A DNA stretch of 63,385 nt, the filler included, from Stramenopiles sp. TOSAG23-3 (lineage: Eukaryota): NCBI GenBank assembly GCA_900128585.1. It is 19 parts of 19 records of this genome, joined end to end, with 100 filler letters (N's around TTAATTAATTAA, not from the genome) between each part and the next. Parts side by side here need not be neighbours in the genome. Positions count along the whole stretch, not along the records: positions 1 to 3,258 come from LT644324.1; positions 3,359 to 6,612 come from LT644325.1; positions 6,713 to 9,962 come from LT644326.1; positions 10,063 to 13,311 come from LT644327.1; 15 more parts are not named here. One strand, written 5' to 3'. The notes beneath the pieces are model-generated. The model saw nothing but the letters and a program-made list of their open reading frames with translations, searched no databases and was not told the origin of the DNA. Position 1 is the first letter of the stretch. Each line of letters starts with the position of its first letter. Shown piece after piece: positions 1 to 10,342 of the stretch. A program made the position numbers and the translations under genes.

Positions 1-49
1 AGAAGAAGAAAGAAGAAGAAGAAGAAGAAGAAAGAAGAAGAAGAAGAAG

Positions 50-81
<32 letters not shown>

Positions 82-105
82 CGAAAGTGTGTCCAGAAGA
101 AGAAG

Positions 106-137
<32 letters not shown>

Positions 138-153
138 CGAAAGTGTGTCCAGA
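1..153. repeat. (GAA)n microsatellite containing two copies of GTACGAAAGTGTGTCCAGA
   Basis: Directly visible; the 19-mer occurs at about 79 and 135, separated by GAA repeats. Confidence 0.9.
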
Positions 154-870
154 TTTTTTTATGACAAAGGAAAATCCGTCGAAGAAAAAAAGTTAAATAC
201 AATTTAAATAGCTCAATACTTAAATTATATTATAGTATTCATATGATAGTGAACCTCTGTAATGAATTATTATAAAATATGTAGAATACAATTGTATTGT
301 AAAAAACATTCTTTTTCTATACGAAAGTACAAATTTCATTACACCATTAAATACAAATATAAGTGAATAACAATAACGATTACTCACATATATACCTCAA
401 CTTAATAGGAAATTTTATGATACATACAGGATTCCGTACTAATTTTGAAACTTACATATTCTTCTACGATTTCTTTACCTACATTATATTTCCAAGATTT
501 TCTATAATTAACTCCCTATTTTAATCTTGGATATTTTAAATATGTACATAATTGTTAAACTTGTAATTTGTTTTGCGACGACGCCGCGTTGTGAGTTGGA
601 AATTATTATAATGGTATAATAATGGCACATATGAGGCATGCAGCCCATTTGCTTATAGAAATGGTATATATGTACGAAAAGAACGAAAAACGAAGGTGGC
701 ACCAATCTTCTCTGATTCATGGATTGAATTTGGTTTGCATTTTTCCTGTCTACATTTTGTTCATTTTGTAAATCTTAGGTCTTGGAGTTCCCAGGAATCA
801 AGGCGTTTGTGCGATCGGTTTTGCCTCGATTGGGCCGCTAGACATCCCTTTTGTAATCTCGCATTCAAAA

Positions 871-1884
871 ATGTTGCTCCGCGACATGTTGAGAAGCGGG
901 CAGGTGCCCCCGGAAATTGGCGATAATCGCCAGTTGGTTGCGTTGAAACACTTTCAAAAGTACTTGGACGAGCAGGCAAAAAGGGCTCTGAACCATAGTC
1001 TCTACATGGATGTTACAAATATTTCGTTGGTTCAGGAGCTCGTTACACTGCTGCAAAGTGACGTGGGCAAGGTGAGTGAGGTTGTCGGTGAACTGTTGGT
1101 CGAACTAAATCTTAGGTGCAGGGCTTACCAAAAAATTTACGTGTACCAAGTGGAAGTTTCGCGTATTATGGCAGAAATTAAGAAGTACCGCCAAACGAAG
1201 ATAAAGACGAAGAGGGGCTTCATGACCTACTTGCATGCCATGAAGCACGGGCAAAGTGAACAGCAGAATCGTATGGTAATTGCAATGGATGCTAGGTCAC
1301 AGGTTAGTAAATGCTCTGTTGCCGGTATATCTTGCTTCAAACGTGGTGAATTAACAAATCCGCACTTAGTAGAAGGAATTAACGATCACATCAGGCCCGA
1401 TGCTACGGCTAAAAAGCTTGGGACACGCTCAATGGTAGGTCTGGTGACAAGAACTTTTTCGTACAAAGAGCTAAAGCGACGGGGAGTAATTCATAACTAC
1501 CAACTCGGTGTGGCGGATGGAACTTCTCAAAAACCTATTGCAGGAGATTCTATGAGTGTTTCTGAAGCCTCGGAAAGTATTACAGATTTAGAACAAGATC
1601 CCACGGATGGCAGTAAAATCGTTCCTGGGGTGTCGATGTCCAAGCTCAAATCCAAATTAATGTACAAATTCATGCAAAGGTCTTCCGTTGACTACAATGT
1701 CTATGAAATTTATGACCGAGTTGTTATCATTGAACAGTTTGTGCTTAATATGGAAGAAATTTCTGCCATCGGTCGTAGAGGAATAACCACCTATCGACCT
1801 CTTGGTTCAAACACAACATTCGATACTGCGTTACTGTTTAAAGCGGTCGCCGAGATTCAAATGAGAAAGGTTTTAATCATTTAA
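871..1884 (+). CDS. IQGAP/RasGAP C-terminal-like protein (probably 5'-incomplete)
   Basis: FSYKELKRRGVI resembles the RasGAP_C motif (F[ST]xxxLxxxGVI) and follows a coiled region. A protein-like upstream frame (VLEFPGIKAFVRSVLPRLG) joins through a 1-nt shift at GGG near 832. Confidence 0.5.
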   Translation: MLLRDMLRSGQVPPEIGDNRQLVALKHFQKYLDEQAKRALNHSLYMDVTNISLVQELVTLLQSDVGKVSEVVGELLVELNLRCRAYQKIYVYQVEVSRIMAEIKKYRQTKIKTKRGFMTYLHAMKHGQSEQQNRMVIAMDARSQVSKCSVAGISCFKRGELTNPHLVEGINDHIRPDATAKKLGTRSMVGLVTRTFSYKELKRRGVIHNYQLGVADGTSQKPIAGDSMSVSEASESITDLEQDPTDGSKIVPGVSMSKLKSKLMYKFMQRSSVDYNVYEIYDRVVIIEQFVLNMEEISAIGRRGITTYRPLGSNTTFDTALLFKAVAEIQMRKVLII

Positions 1885-2074
1885 AGGAGCTGGGGGTGTA
1901 AATGGTCAAATTAAGGATAAGATTAACGATGCCTCCTTAAGAAAGGTTTTTTTTTAACTTTTTACTTGTGCACTAAGTAGTTTTTTAAAAAAAGACTAAT
2001 ATGTAGGTCATAGATCATTAAACAATAATCTCGTGACGAGAATGTACCTCGCAGTGGAGTGAAAAACACTCCCT

Positions 2075-3091
2075 TCAAGTCGTGGCTTCCATTGCCATGG
2101 TGTGGTCATAATTCATCGTCGGAATCACGCTCTGAATGAATTTCAAGAATATAAATATGTACTGATCGACCCTTGCTGTTCGTCCTGAGTCATTCAAGTG
2201 ATCGACTATTTTTTTCATGACCGAAGAGTGCTTACAAGGGTGAATGCTGGCGTATATTCCGCTGCTTAAGTGGGGGAATGCTTCGATGGTTACCGTCTTG
2301 TTGGCATAGTCTTGCATAATGTCTTCCAATATTTGCTCTGGTCGCATCGGCTGACCGTGCTCGTCGCTTCCGCTTAAAAATACTCTAGGGGTTTGATAGT
2401 ACTTGTCGTACGTCATAAATATGTCGTATCGTCGGGTCAGTTGAATATTTTTCATGTCATCCGCAAAAATGTAACCGTCTTCGTCGTCGAGAGCGTTCTC
2501 TTCGTCTTGGACAAGCAAATTGTCCTCCTCAAAATCTTCCATAAAATCTTCGAATTCGTCGCCTCCGCTGCTCTTTTTCCGCAAGTCCTCCGAATCGCCG
2601 CTAGCGTCTTCCCGTGCACTCTCTTTCTGGACTTCCAACGACATCTTTTCGGTTTCTTGCGCAAGGGAGTCTGCGCCACAGTCCGCGGTGGGGCTTTTTT
2701 TGGAGTCGTCTGCGTTCGCCTGTTTTTCTCCGCTGTTGATGTGTGTTGCCAGCCAACCACTTTCCTCGTCGCCCTCTTCGCCGTCAACAATTTCTTCGTT
2801 CACCTTTTGCGACAGCAAAGAGTTGACTCGATCTAGGCACGGGATGTTTTTGGTTACCAAGTACTGCTTGTCTGCAGGTAAGTAAGACTTCCTCAATTGT
2901 GGCTCACCAGATCCCCACTCCCACGTTGGACACTTATATACAAGCATATCTCCAGCCTGAACAAACTCTTCCGGTGTCATAACACCCTTCTCTGTAAATT
3001 TGCTTTCCTTCAGCACGGGGGTAGTGTACTCTCGCACTACACCCACCTGGCGAGTGACAAAGTTTGTCAAATTTTGTGTAAAAGAAGACAT
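2075..3091 (-). CDS. ATG3: Autophagy E2-like conjugating enzyme Atg3
   Basis: GVMTPEEFVQAGDMLVYKCPTWEW N-terminal motif, YDKYYQTPRVFL, catalytic IHPCKH and FLKFIQSVIPT. Confidence 0.97.
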   Translation of the reverse strand: MSSFTQNLTNFVTRQVGVVREYTTPVLKESKFTEKGVMTPEEFVQAGDMLVYKCPTWEWGSGEPQLRKSYLPADKQYLVTKNIPCLDRVNSLLSQKVNEEIVDGEEGDEESGWLATHINSGEKQANADDSKKSPTADCGADSLAQETEKMSLEVQKESAREDASGDSEDLRKKSSGGDEFEDFMEDFEEDNLLVQDEENALDDEDGYIFADDMKNIQLTRRYDIFMTYDKYYQTPRVFLSGSDEHGQPMRPEQILEDIMQDYANKTVTIEAFPHLSSGIYASIHPCKHSSVMKKIVDHLNDSGRTARVDQYIFIFLKFIQSVIPTMNYDHTMAMEATT

Positions 3092-3258
3092 TTTCGTGGG
3101 TGCAAAATCTTCAAATTTAAAATTAATTAATGCTTATCTTTTCTTCAACTTATCTACTCTGGAAACTTTCTTTAAATAATAATCCCTTCTTGTCTATATA
3201 TATAATAAGAATGACTAAAGTACGAGGACTGAACGAACCGGTACGGTACCGGTACAGG

Positions 3259-3358
3259 NNNNNNNNNNNNNNNNNNNNNNNNNNNNNNNNNNNNNNNNNN
3301 NNTTAATTAATTAANNNNNNNNNNNNNNNNNNNNNNNNNNNNNNNNNNNNNNNNNNNN
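3259..3358. other. Artificial contig linker N44-TTAATTAATTAA-N44 (first of 18)
   Basis: The same 100-nt spacer, with stops in all six frames, recurs about every 3.35 kb. Confidence 0.97.
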
Positions 3359-3785
3359 GAAACATGATTTTGTTATTGTTCATATATTGAAATAACATCA
3401 GCGAATTAGAACAGTACATCACTAGACTATGAAGAGTAGAAACGATACACAAATCCTTAAAACTACTTCAATCAGCAGGGTCCTCGTGCCGCAGGTACTT
3501 TTAATAATAAAATATTACCGCCGGTAGTATTATTATAATTATATACTTGGTATTATTCACATCTTCTTCTCCTCATCATCTTTTCTTTTTTGCAAAACAA
3601 AAATTATTGCAACAAATAATTGAAAACGATTGGATTTTTATTTTTTGCTCGTTTGCATCTTGAATCTCTTCAACATTCGCCAACCGACCCCTACGCGTGC
3701 CATCTTATTACATTTCAGCTTCTTTGCTGTTCTGTATACTGGTAATCCACAAACGATAGAGTCCGTGCAAATGCACTAGAGAGGA

Positions 3786-5528
3786 ATGTTTCGGTTTTCG
3801 GCGTCGTGGGGTTTAGTGTGCGCTGCCTTCTGCTTGTTTGTCGGCCTCTCGGGGGGTATCAATGCTCCGACCGGGGAGTCCTACTCTCTGCTGTCAAAGC
3901 GAGACAGGGAAAAGGTAGATCGTGTAGAGGCCTGGGTTGCTGGTTTTCGCCCATTTTCGTATGCACAAACCAGCACAAGATCGAAGAACTTGAAAGTGAA
4001 AGTGTTTCGCTCTGCCTCGCAAGGCATGGGGTACTGGGTGAGAAAGAACAACGAGGTTTCAGTGGAAAGTGGGGAGGAAATTTTCAACGTACCGCTGGAA
4101 GCTTGCATATCCTTCAATGCGACCAAGGGGCACCCGGCGATCGAACACGTCTTTGACGAACTGAGAAAGGACGAGTTCGAGGAACTGAGTGGGCTAGGGG
4201 AAGACATGGCGATAGCCCTGTTTTTGATGATAGAAGCACGTCGCGGCGAAGACTCTCCGTTCTCTGGGTACGTGAGCTTCCTTCCCCACAACATAGACAG
4301 TCCACTGATGTGGGCAAAGGAGCAATTGGACGAGTTTCTGCAGGCGTCTCCGGCAAAGCAGCGAGTGCTGTCGCTTCAGAGGCTTATTTCTCGTGTCTTT
4401 AGAACGCTGGGAAAGACCGATGACCTGGTGAACTATTTCCCGAAATTATTTTATGGCATGACGAGGGCGACCGTGGAAGAGTTCACCTGGGCAGTAGCAA
4501 CTGTATGGGCGCGCGCGGCTTTTGTGGACTTGAGCGGAAATGTGCAAACTAGAAAGGGAAACGTTGTAGAAATTTATAGACCGCGCGAAGACAAGGCAAG
4601 CGGTCACCAAAACTCGCTGAAGGAGATGAAATTACTCGAAACCCTCGACATAGCGACCTACAACAGGAGGCTGAAGGCGGGCCAAATAAAAAACGAGCGG
4701 CTCATCGTCCCCTTGCTCGATACTGTCAACCACGACCGGACCGCGTCCTCCTTTTACCGATACGTTCCGAGCCAAAAGGCCGTCAAGCTCTGGGCCGGGT
4801 CACCGTATGGAAATGGTGAGGAGGTGAAATTAAATTACGGGCTATTTTCCAATCACGACTTTTTTGTAAAGTACGGGTTCGTAGATCCGGACAACTCGTT
4901 CGATTTTTACAGGATTCCCGTCCGACTTCATGAGGAGGAAGCGGACGACGGGGTGAAAACGGCCTTGGACGAGGAGAGGAACAGGACGAAACAAATACAG
5001 CAGCAGTTTATTAACCGGCACATTGTTGACCCCGGGCAAGCCACGATAGCAACCGACGGCAGGCCGTTGGGAGAGACAATGCTGCTCCTTCGGGTCATCT
5101 CCATGACGATGCCGTTTAAACCTTCAAGATCAGCAAAGGTCGCCTTGGCCCATGCCCAGCGCTCTCTTTTGGAGTCCATTGACGCTGGAAAGTTAAACAC
5201 TTCGAAGGTTTTCGACGATTTGCAGCCCTTCCAAAATCACTCTTACATGCTTTTGCACGACATGTGCAAAGCGACCTTGCAAACTTACGAAACTCTCCTT
5301 GAGGACGATGAGAAGCTCTTGGCACGGTTGATGGACGAAGAAAACGCCCGGGGGGAGACCCGCAGCGGTAAAAGGGGACTTTCCTCTCTGATCATTGGGC
5401 TTCAAGTGAGAATCTCAGACAAAAGAATACTAAAAAAATGCACGGAATACGTGAAAGTGCAGCTGTTTGGCAATGATGTGAACGTTGTTGTGGTCGGAGA
5501 AGAGGGGCAAAGTGATGGATCGGTTTGA
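3786..5528 (+). CDS. SET-domain methyltransferase, SETD3/Rubisco-LSMT type, with N-terminal hydrophobic leader
   Basis: EARRGEDSPFSGYVSFLP, FTWAVATVWARA, IVPLLDTVNHD and GEEVKLNYGLFSNHDFFVKYGF motifs, then an LSMT substrate-binding-like C-terminus (YETLLEDDEKLL ... R..DKRIL). Confidence 0.88.
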   Translation: MFRFSASWGLVCAAFCLFVGLSGGINAPTGESYSLLSKRDREKVDRVEAWVAGFRPFSYAQTSTRSKNLKVKVFRSASQGMGYWVRKNNEVSVESGEEIFNVPLEACISFNATKGHPAIEHVFDELRKDEFEELSGLGEDMAIALFLMIEARRGEDSPFSGYVSFLPHNIDSPLMWAKEQLDEFLQASPAKQRVLSLQRLISRVFRTLGKTDDLVNYFPKLFYGMTRATVEEFTWAVATVWARAAFVDLSGNVQTRKGNVVEIYRPREDKASGHQNSLKEMKLLETLDIATYNRRLKAGQIKNERLIVPLLDTVNHDRTASSFYRYVPSQKAVKLWAGSPYGNGEEVKLNYGLFSNHDFFVKYGFVDPDNSFDFYRIPVRLHEEEADDGVKTALDEERNRTKQIQQQFINRHIVDPGQATIATDGRPLGETMLLLRVISMTMPFKPSRSAKVALAHAQRSLLESIDAGKLNTSKVFDDLQPFQNHSYMLLHDMCKATLQTYETLLEDDEKLLARLMDEENARGETRSGKRGLSSLIIGLQVRISDKRILKKCTEYVKVQLFGNDVNVVVVGEEGQSDGSV

Positions 5529-5654
5529 CGCGTGACCAGCGGCTTGTAAGTACGCTGAATATGTGTACGCGCTATTTTTTTAACAAATAAAATAAGAGAC
5601 CCTTATGCATTTTACTCTAAAATGAGGATACTAGATGTTTTTGTAAAAATTTCT

Positions 5655-5686
5655 AAAAAAATTGGCTGTTATTTAAAAGTGACTGC
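5655..5686 (-). promoter_or_regulatory. Copy of dispersed 3'-flank motif (GCAGT...TAAATAACAGCCAAT)
   Basis: The plus strand reads ATTGGCTGTTATTTAAAAGTGACTGC, matching copies at 10141, 31636 and 50557. Confidence 0.6.
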
Positions 5687-5855
5687 ACCTTTAAAACATT
5701 CACGCCGATGCTTGGTAAACCACACAAGGAATGATTCACCTAGATGAGTGAGACATCGGATGTGAAGAAGTTGATTATGGGTCTTGACGGACGACATGGC
5801 AGTCGGCCCACGTTGGGATTTGACCACCAGTGCCAGCGATACCGTTCGGGCAATT

Positions 5856-6089
5856 TCATTGGAACTTTTTCTGGTATTTCTTCGCCTCCTCTTTGTACCA
5901 CTCGTTTTGCTTTTTCTCCTCCCTATCAAGACGAATGATCCAGCACATGAAAAATATGGAGAGCACGAACAACGTTAAGAACCCGTAAAAGGCCCCAGCT
6001 TCGCGGTGGCCCATTCTTTCAATTTTCAGCATTTCCCACTCCATGTACTCAAACCCTTTGTTTATATATTTACGCACTGGTTCGTACAT
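5856..6089 (-). CDS. Small single-TM protein, unknown function
   Basis: ATG-initiated 77-aa ORF with one hydrophobic helix (FYGFLTLFVLSIFFMCWII) and a charged tail. Confidence 0.5.
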   Translation of the reverse strand: MYEPVRKYINKGFEYMEWEMLKIERMGHREAGAFYGFLTLFVLSIFFMCWIIRLDREEKKQNEWYKEEAKKYQKKFQ

Positions 6090-6533
6090 TTCTAATGTTT
6101 CGATCTCGACAATCTCTTCAAATGAATATCCTCTACTGCTGTATATAGTTCCACTAACTGTATCACCAACGAATAAATTGGCGACTTAGTTGTTGAAACA
6201 TGTAATTTTTACAGAAAAAGTGGACAAAATAATCATCAACAATGATCACAATGGTTATTTAATTAGAAATGATGATCACTTGTAAAAATGAAGTGAGTGG
6301 TGGCAATGAAATCCCTTCCTGCACCATTATTTTTTACCGTCTGGGACGACTTGCCTCACTCACCTTATTTTGTTACTCTCTAAAAAAAGAAGGAAAAAAA
6401 AAAAGAAAATAGAGGATATCATATATATATGGATAATAAACATTTCGATGAGACTAATTTTATTGAATAACATATAAATAACATTAACAATATAGAGTCT
6501 AGGAAATGCAATTTCCTATATTAGTTGTTTTTC

Positions 6534-6605
<72 letters not shown>

Positions 6606-7250
6606 AACAAACNNNNNNNNNNNNNNNNNNNNNNNNNNNNNNNNNNNNNNNNNNNNTTAATTAATTAANNNNNNNNNNNNNNNNNNNNNNNNNNNNNNNN
6701 NNNNNNNNNNNNTATCTATTATTTTATTCTTCTGTAGATCACCTTTGTCCTGTGTGCTGTGCTGTGCTTTTATTGACCCAAAATCCAACAAAAAATAATG
6801 TGTCTTATTTATTTAGAAAAGGCGATAGTAAGTATCAAAGGACAAGGAATAATAGGTAGGCTGGTCACAAGACAAGCCATTCACCAACTGTGTTCCTGTT
6901 TGTGTTGTCATGTCTCTTCTTCTTCTTCTTCTTCTTCTTCTTCTTCTTCTTCTTCTTCTTCTTCTTCTTTTTCTTCTTCTTCTTCTTCCTCCTCCCTCCT
7001 CCTCCATCCTCCAATATTATATTATTATTATTATTGTGTATTATTATTCATTTTGATCGTTCGTCAACACTTGCATGGTTCGTTCGGTGCGGTTTCTTTG
7101 TTTAATAGAAAACATGATTTTTATCTTAAACCCGTTTTCATTAAGAGAAACATTTGAGGGACGTAAAAAACTCTTGCAACGGCGCATTTGCATAAGCTTC
7201 CCAAAAGTCGTGTCTGTGCACTCGTTTGTGTTGTCATTTGTTTTGCACCG

Positions 7251-7508
7251 CCGAGCCACTGCCCTCCGAGCCCGCCGCCGAGCCACCGCCGCTACCGAGC
7301 CCGCCGCTGCCACCGAGCCATCGCCACCGAGCCATCGCCGCCGAGCCCACCACCACCGCCGAGCCACCGCCGAGCCGTCGCCGAGCCCGCCGCCGAGCCA
7401 CCGACAACGTTCTCTGAAGAGTATCAAATAGAGGTTTAATTCCATCTAAACGTCCCTGCCCGCCGAGCCAAGAGCCCGCCGAGCCGAGTCCGCCGCTGCC
7501 ACCGAGCC
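7251..7508 (+). repeat. GC-rich array of 14 CCGAGCC heptamers upstream of the Crypton ORF
   Basis: Hand-counted at 7251, 7266, 7278, 7295, 7313, 7327, 7341, 7359, 7370, 7381, 7393, 7463, 7479 and 7502. Confidence 0.9.
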
Positions 7509-7558
7509 CGCCCTCGCCACTGCCGCCCTCGCCACTGCCCCTCGCCGCCGCCACCATC

Positions 7559-9646
7559 ATGTCTGCTGAAAGACCAGCAAAATTGACTAGGCTTAAACGC
7601 CATGATGATATAACATCTTCATTTGAAGCGCTTTGTCAAGCTTCGCAGGAGACGGATAAAGAGTCCCACGCCAATAGCACGGTCAAGGAGTACACAACCA
7701 AGTACAACGAGATTGTGTCTTGGTTGTGTACTAAAAATTTATCTGCAGTTCTGACTGCAGATAAGGTAACAATCAATTTCACAATGTTGCGTGCGGCGCA
7801 TGTTAAGGCTTTCTTAGAAACCAAGAAAATGACAGATTTAACTGGTCAAATTGTTGCAGACTACGCTCATAATTTAACAAAATACCGGTCTGCTATCAAC
7901 TACTTTCGAGCAGGCAAGAACGATTCTGTTCATCTGGCGTATGAGCTTGAAATGAAAAAGTATTTCAAAGCTGTAGCGAATCGTGAGGCCAAATTAAAAT
8001 TAGCTGGCCGGTTACCAATGAAGCTTGGCCAAAAGCATATGCAAAAATCAATATATGATTTTTTTTTAAGAAAAGCTGTGACGCGACCCTGGTGTTGGGT
8101 GTTTTGTGCATTTATGTGGGCATCCTTTGGTCGCAGTGTAAACATCGCGACAACCAATTTATCCCATATGGGAGTTTTCGAAGATGCGTTGACGGTGCAA
8201 TTCCCCAAAAGTAAGGGAGATACTACTGGAGCAAGAGAGCATGTAATGCATTTTTACTCAAATCCGTACAACTATGAATCATGCTTATTCTTTGCATTAG
8301 GAATATACTTCCTTCAGATGAAGGCATTTGTGGGAGGACGGCTATTCCAGGGTGGGAAGAGTAAGGGGAAGACATTCATCGATGCTATGAAAAGAATAAT
8401 ACCAGAAGCATATCTTGTAAACTGGGTCGGATACGGGTGGAGTAACCTGAATAATCATGCTTGGCGCAAGGGAATAACATCCCATATCACTGGGGGAGTG
8501 GAGTATCCTTCTCCCCAAGTGAACATTGACTTCAGAGCGGGCCATTTCCCCCATGATGTCAAGGAAACCTACTATCACAGTGGGCAGCCGGGGGATCAAC
8601 GAATAGGACAGGATGTCTCTGGAAAAGCACTTGGAACGAAACAAATGTATACTTTGTGCCCGTACTTCAAAAACCCAAACTCAACAATCATACAAGAAAT
8701 GTTACCGGTTGTATTTGAATGGTACGAACCAGATAAACTCCCAACAGGCTTTGATGCTGTGGCTCGTCGTATACTCGCATCAATCGTGTGGCATTTATCG
8801 CAAGGTCATTTCCAAAAGGATCATCCATCTCATGACGTCTTAATGGAATCGCCGCTCTTTGACGGAAATAACCTTCAACGCTTGCTTGGCGAGCTTGGCG
8901 ATCATTTTACAGTCAATACCTATGTAAACTGCGACAAGACCGGTGATGACACCGCCACAGATTTAGATGAGGAAATTGATGAAAAACCTTCTCTCACTGG
9001 GGTCGGATACCGTGACAGACGGATGGCACGTATTGAAGAAAACACATCCGAACAACGGTTACGAAAAATTGTACGCGAAGAATCTGGAAATAATTCAAAC
9101 AACCAAGCTTTGCTTGAACGATTCAACACCTTTGAGGACAGAGTATCACAGCAAATGAGGCAGTTGCAGTCCCAAATATCTACATCATATGGTCATACTG
9201 TAACCCCCCCTGTAAACAACGATATGCCAACATTTAAGCACAATGATGGTACGGAATACTTAATACCTGAAAATTTTGAGTTTCCAAAATGCACAATATT
9301 ACCAGCATTCAAGTCTTGGTTTTTTACTGGTGATAAGATAAGCAAAGTTGGACCATTCAAGAGTTTATCTGCTAATGATATACCAACCACAAACAAAGTG
9401 TTAAAGAATGCCAGAAAGCGTTGGTCAGATTGGCAATACGTGATGACATATTATGCTCAGATTTTGGATACTCTGTATGAAGGAAATTGGCGTATGAGGT
9501 TTGACTACAATGCACGACGCATAATCATACGTGAAGTGCAGAAACTTGGTCCTCTGTGTAAAACTGGTACCATTCCTACAATGCTGAAAGTTCGCACTCT
9601 TGCAGCTAAATTACGCAAGCTTCAAAAGAGGAATAGCAATACTTAA
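7559..9646 (+). mobile_element. Crypton (CryptonS-like) DNA transposon tyrosine recombinase ORF
   Basis: Catalytic set R (SFGRSVN), K (FPKSKGD), HxxR (NHAWRKG), H (RAGH) and Y (ETYY). Crypton-typical HFYSNPY..ESCLFFALGIY and GDQRIG..VSG are present, plus a C-terminal IPENFEFP..W...GPFKSL....RKRWSDW domain. Confidence 0.85.
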
Positions 9647-10130
9647 TAATAACAAATAGTATACCATTAAATAGGTGGCTGCATCCCATCACAGCCCACA
9701 CATCTGAAATACACAGTTCTACGGGACGATTCGTGGGACAATGCTGTGTTCATCTTATTCTCTCCCAACATGGAAATAGCACTGCGAACATCAGCAGGCA
9801 AATAACACTATAATCTCTGTCAACTCCTCCCTGTCCCACAAATCGGACTCTATTAAGAAGAAGAAAGAAGAAGAAGAAGAAGAAAGAAGAAGAAAGAAGA
9901 AGAAGAAGAAAAAGAAGAAGAAGAAGAAGAAGAAGAAGAAGAAGAAGAAGAAGAAGAAGAAGNNNNNNNNNNNNNNNNNNNNNNNNNNNNNNNNNNNNNN
10001 NNNNNNTTAATTAATTAANNNNNNNNNNNNNNNNNNNNNNNNNNNNNNNNNNNNNNNNNNNNTATTATAAATTATAAATTCGTAACATTTTGTGCCCCTT
10101 TTTAAATGTAAAAATATAGAAGTAATTAAG

Positions 10131-10200
10131 AAACAAGAAAATTGGCTGTTATTTATAAGTAATGTTAATTAAAATCAATGCACTGCGAACTGAACTCCAC
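10131..10200 (-). promoter_or_regulatory. Copy of dispersed 3'-flank motif
   Basis: AAACAAGAAAATTGGCTGTTATTTATAAGTAATGTTAATTAAAATCAATGCACTGCGAACTGAACTCCAC lies about 140 nt downstream of the C2 gene stop. Confidence 0.7.
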
Positions 10201-10342
10201 TAAACCTTCGAGGTTTACATTCCTTCATGTACTGCGAACTTATCTTTGCTCATTATTAGCGAAGACTAAATTGACAAGACTAAATTGGGATTTAAAGAAA
10301 AGCACCCTCTAATATTTAAACTCATACTGTTACGAATTTGTT

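Noticed and set aside
79-153. CRISPR-like repeat-spacer pattern
   Set aside because: There are only two copies, separated by GAA microsatellite in eukaryotic DNA; this is a local duplication or misassembly.
3259-3358. Regularly spaced TTAATTAATTAA motifs and apparent gene neighbourhoods across them
   Set aside because: These are artificial linkers between size-sorted contigs, so no clustering can be inferred across them.
8167-9192. TATGG pentamers as CryptonS termini
   Set aside because: Both lie inside the recombinase ORF, so the element ends are not identifiable in this contig.
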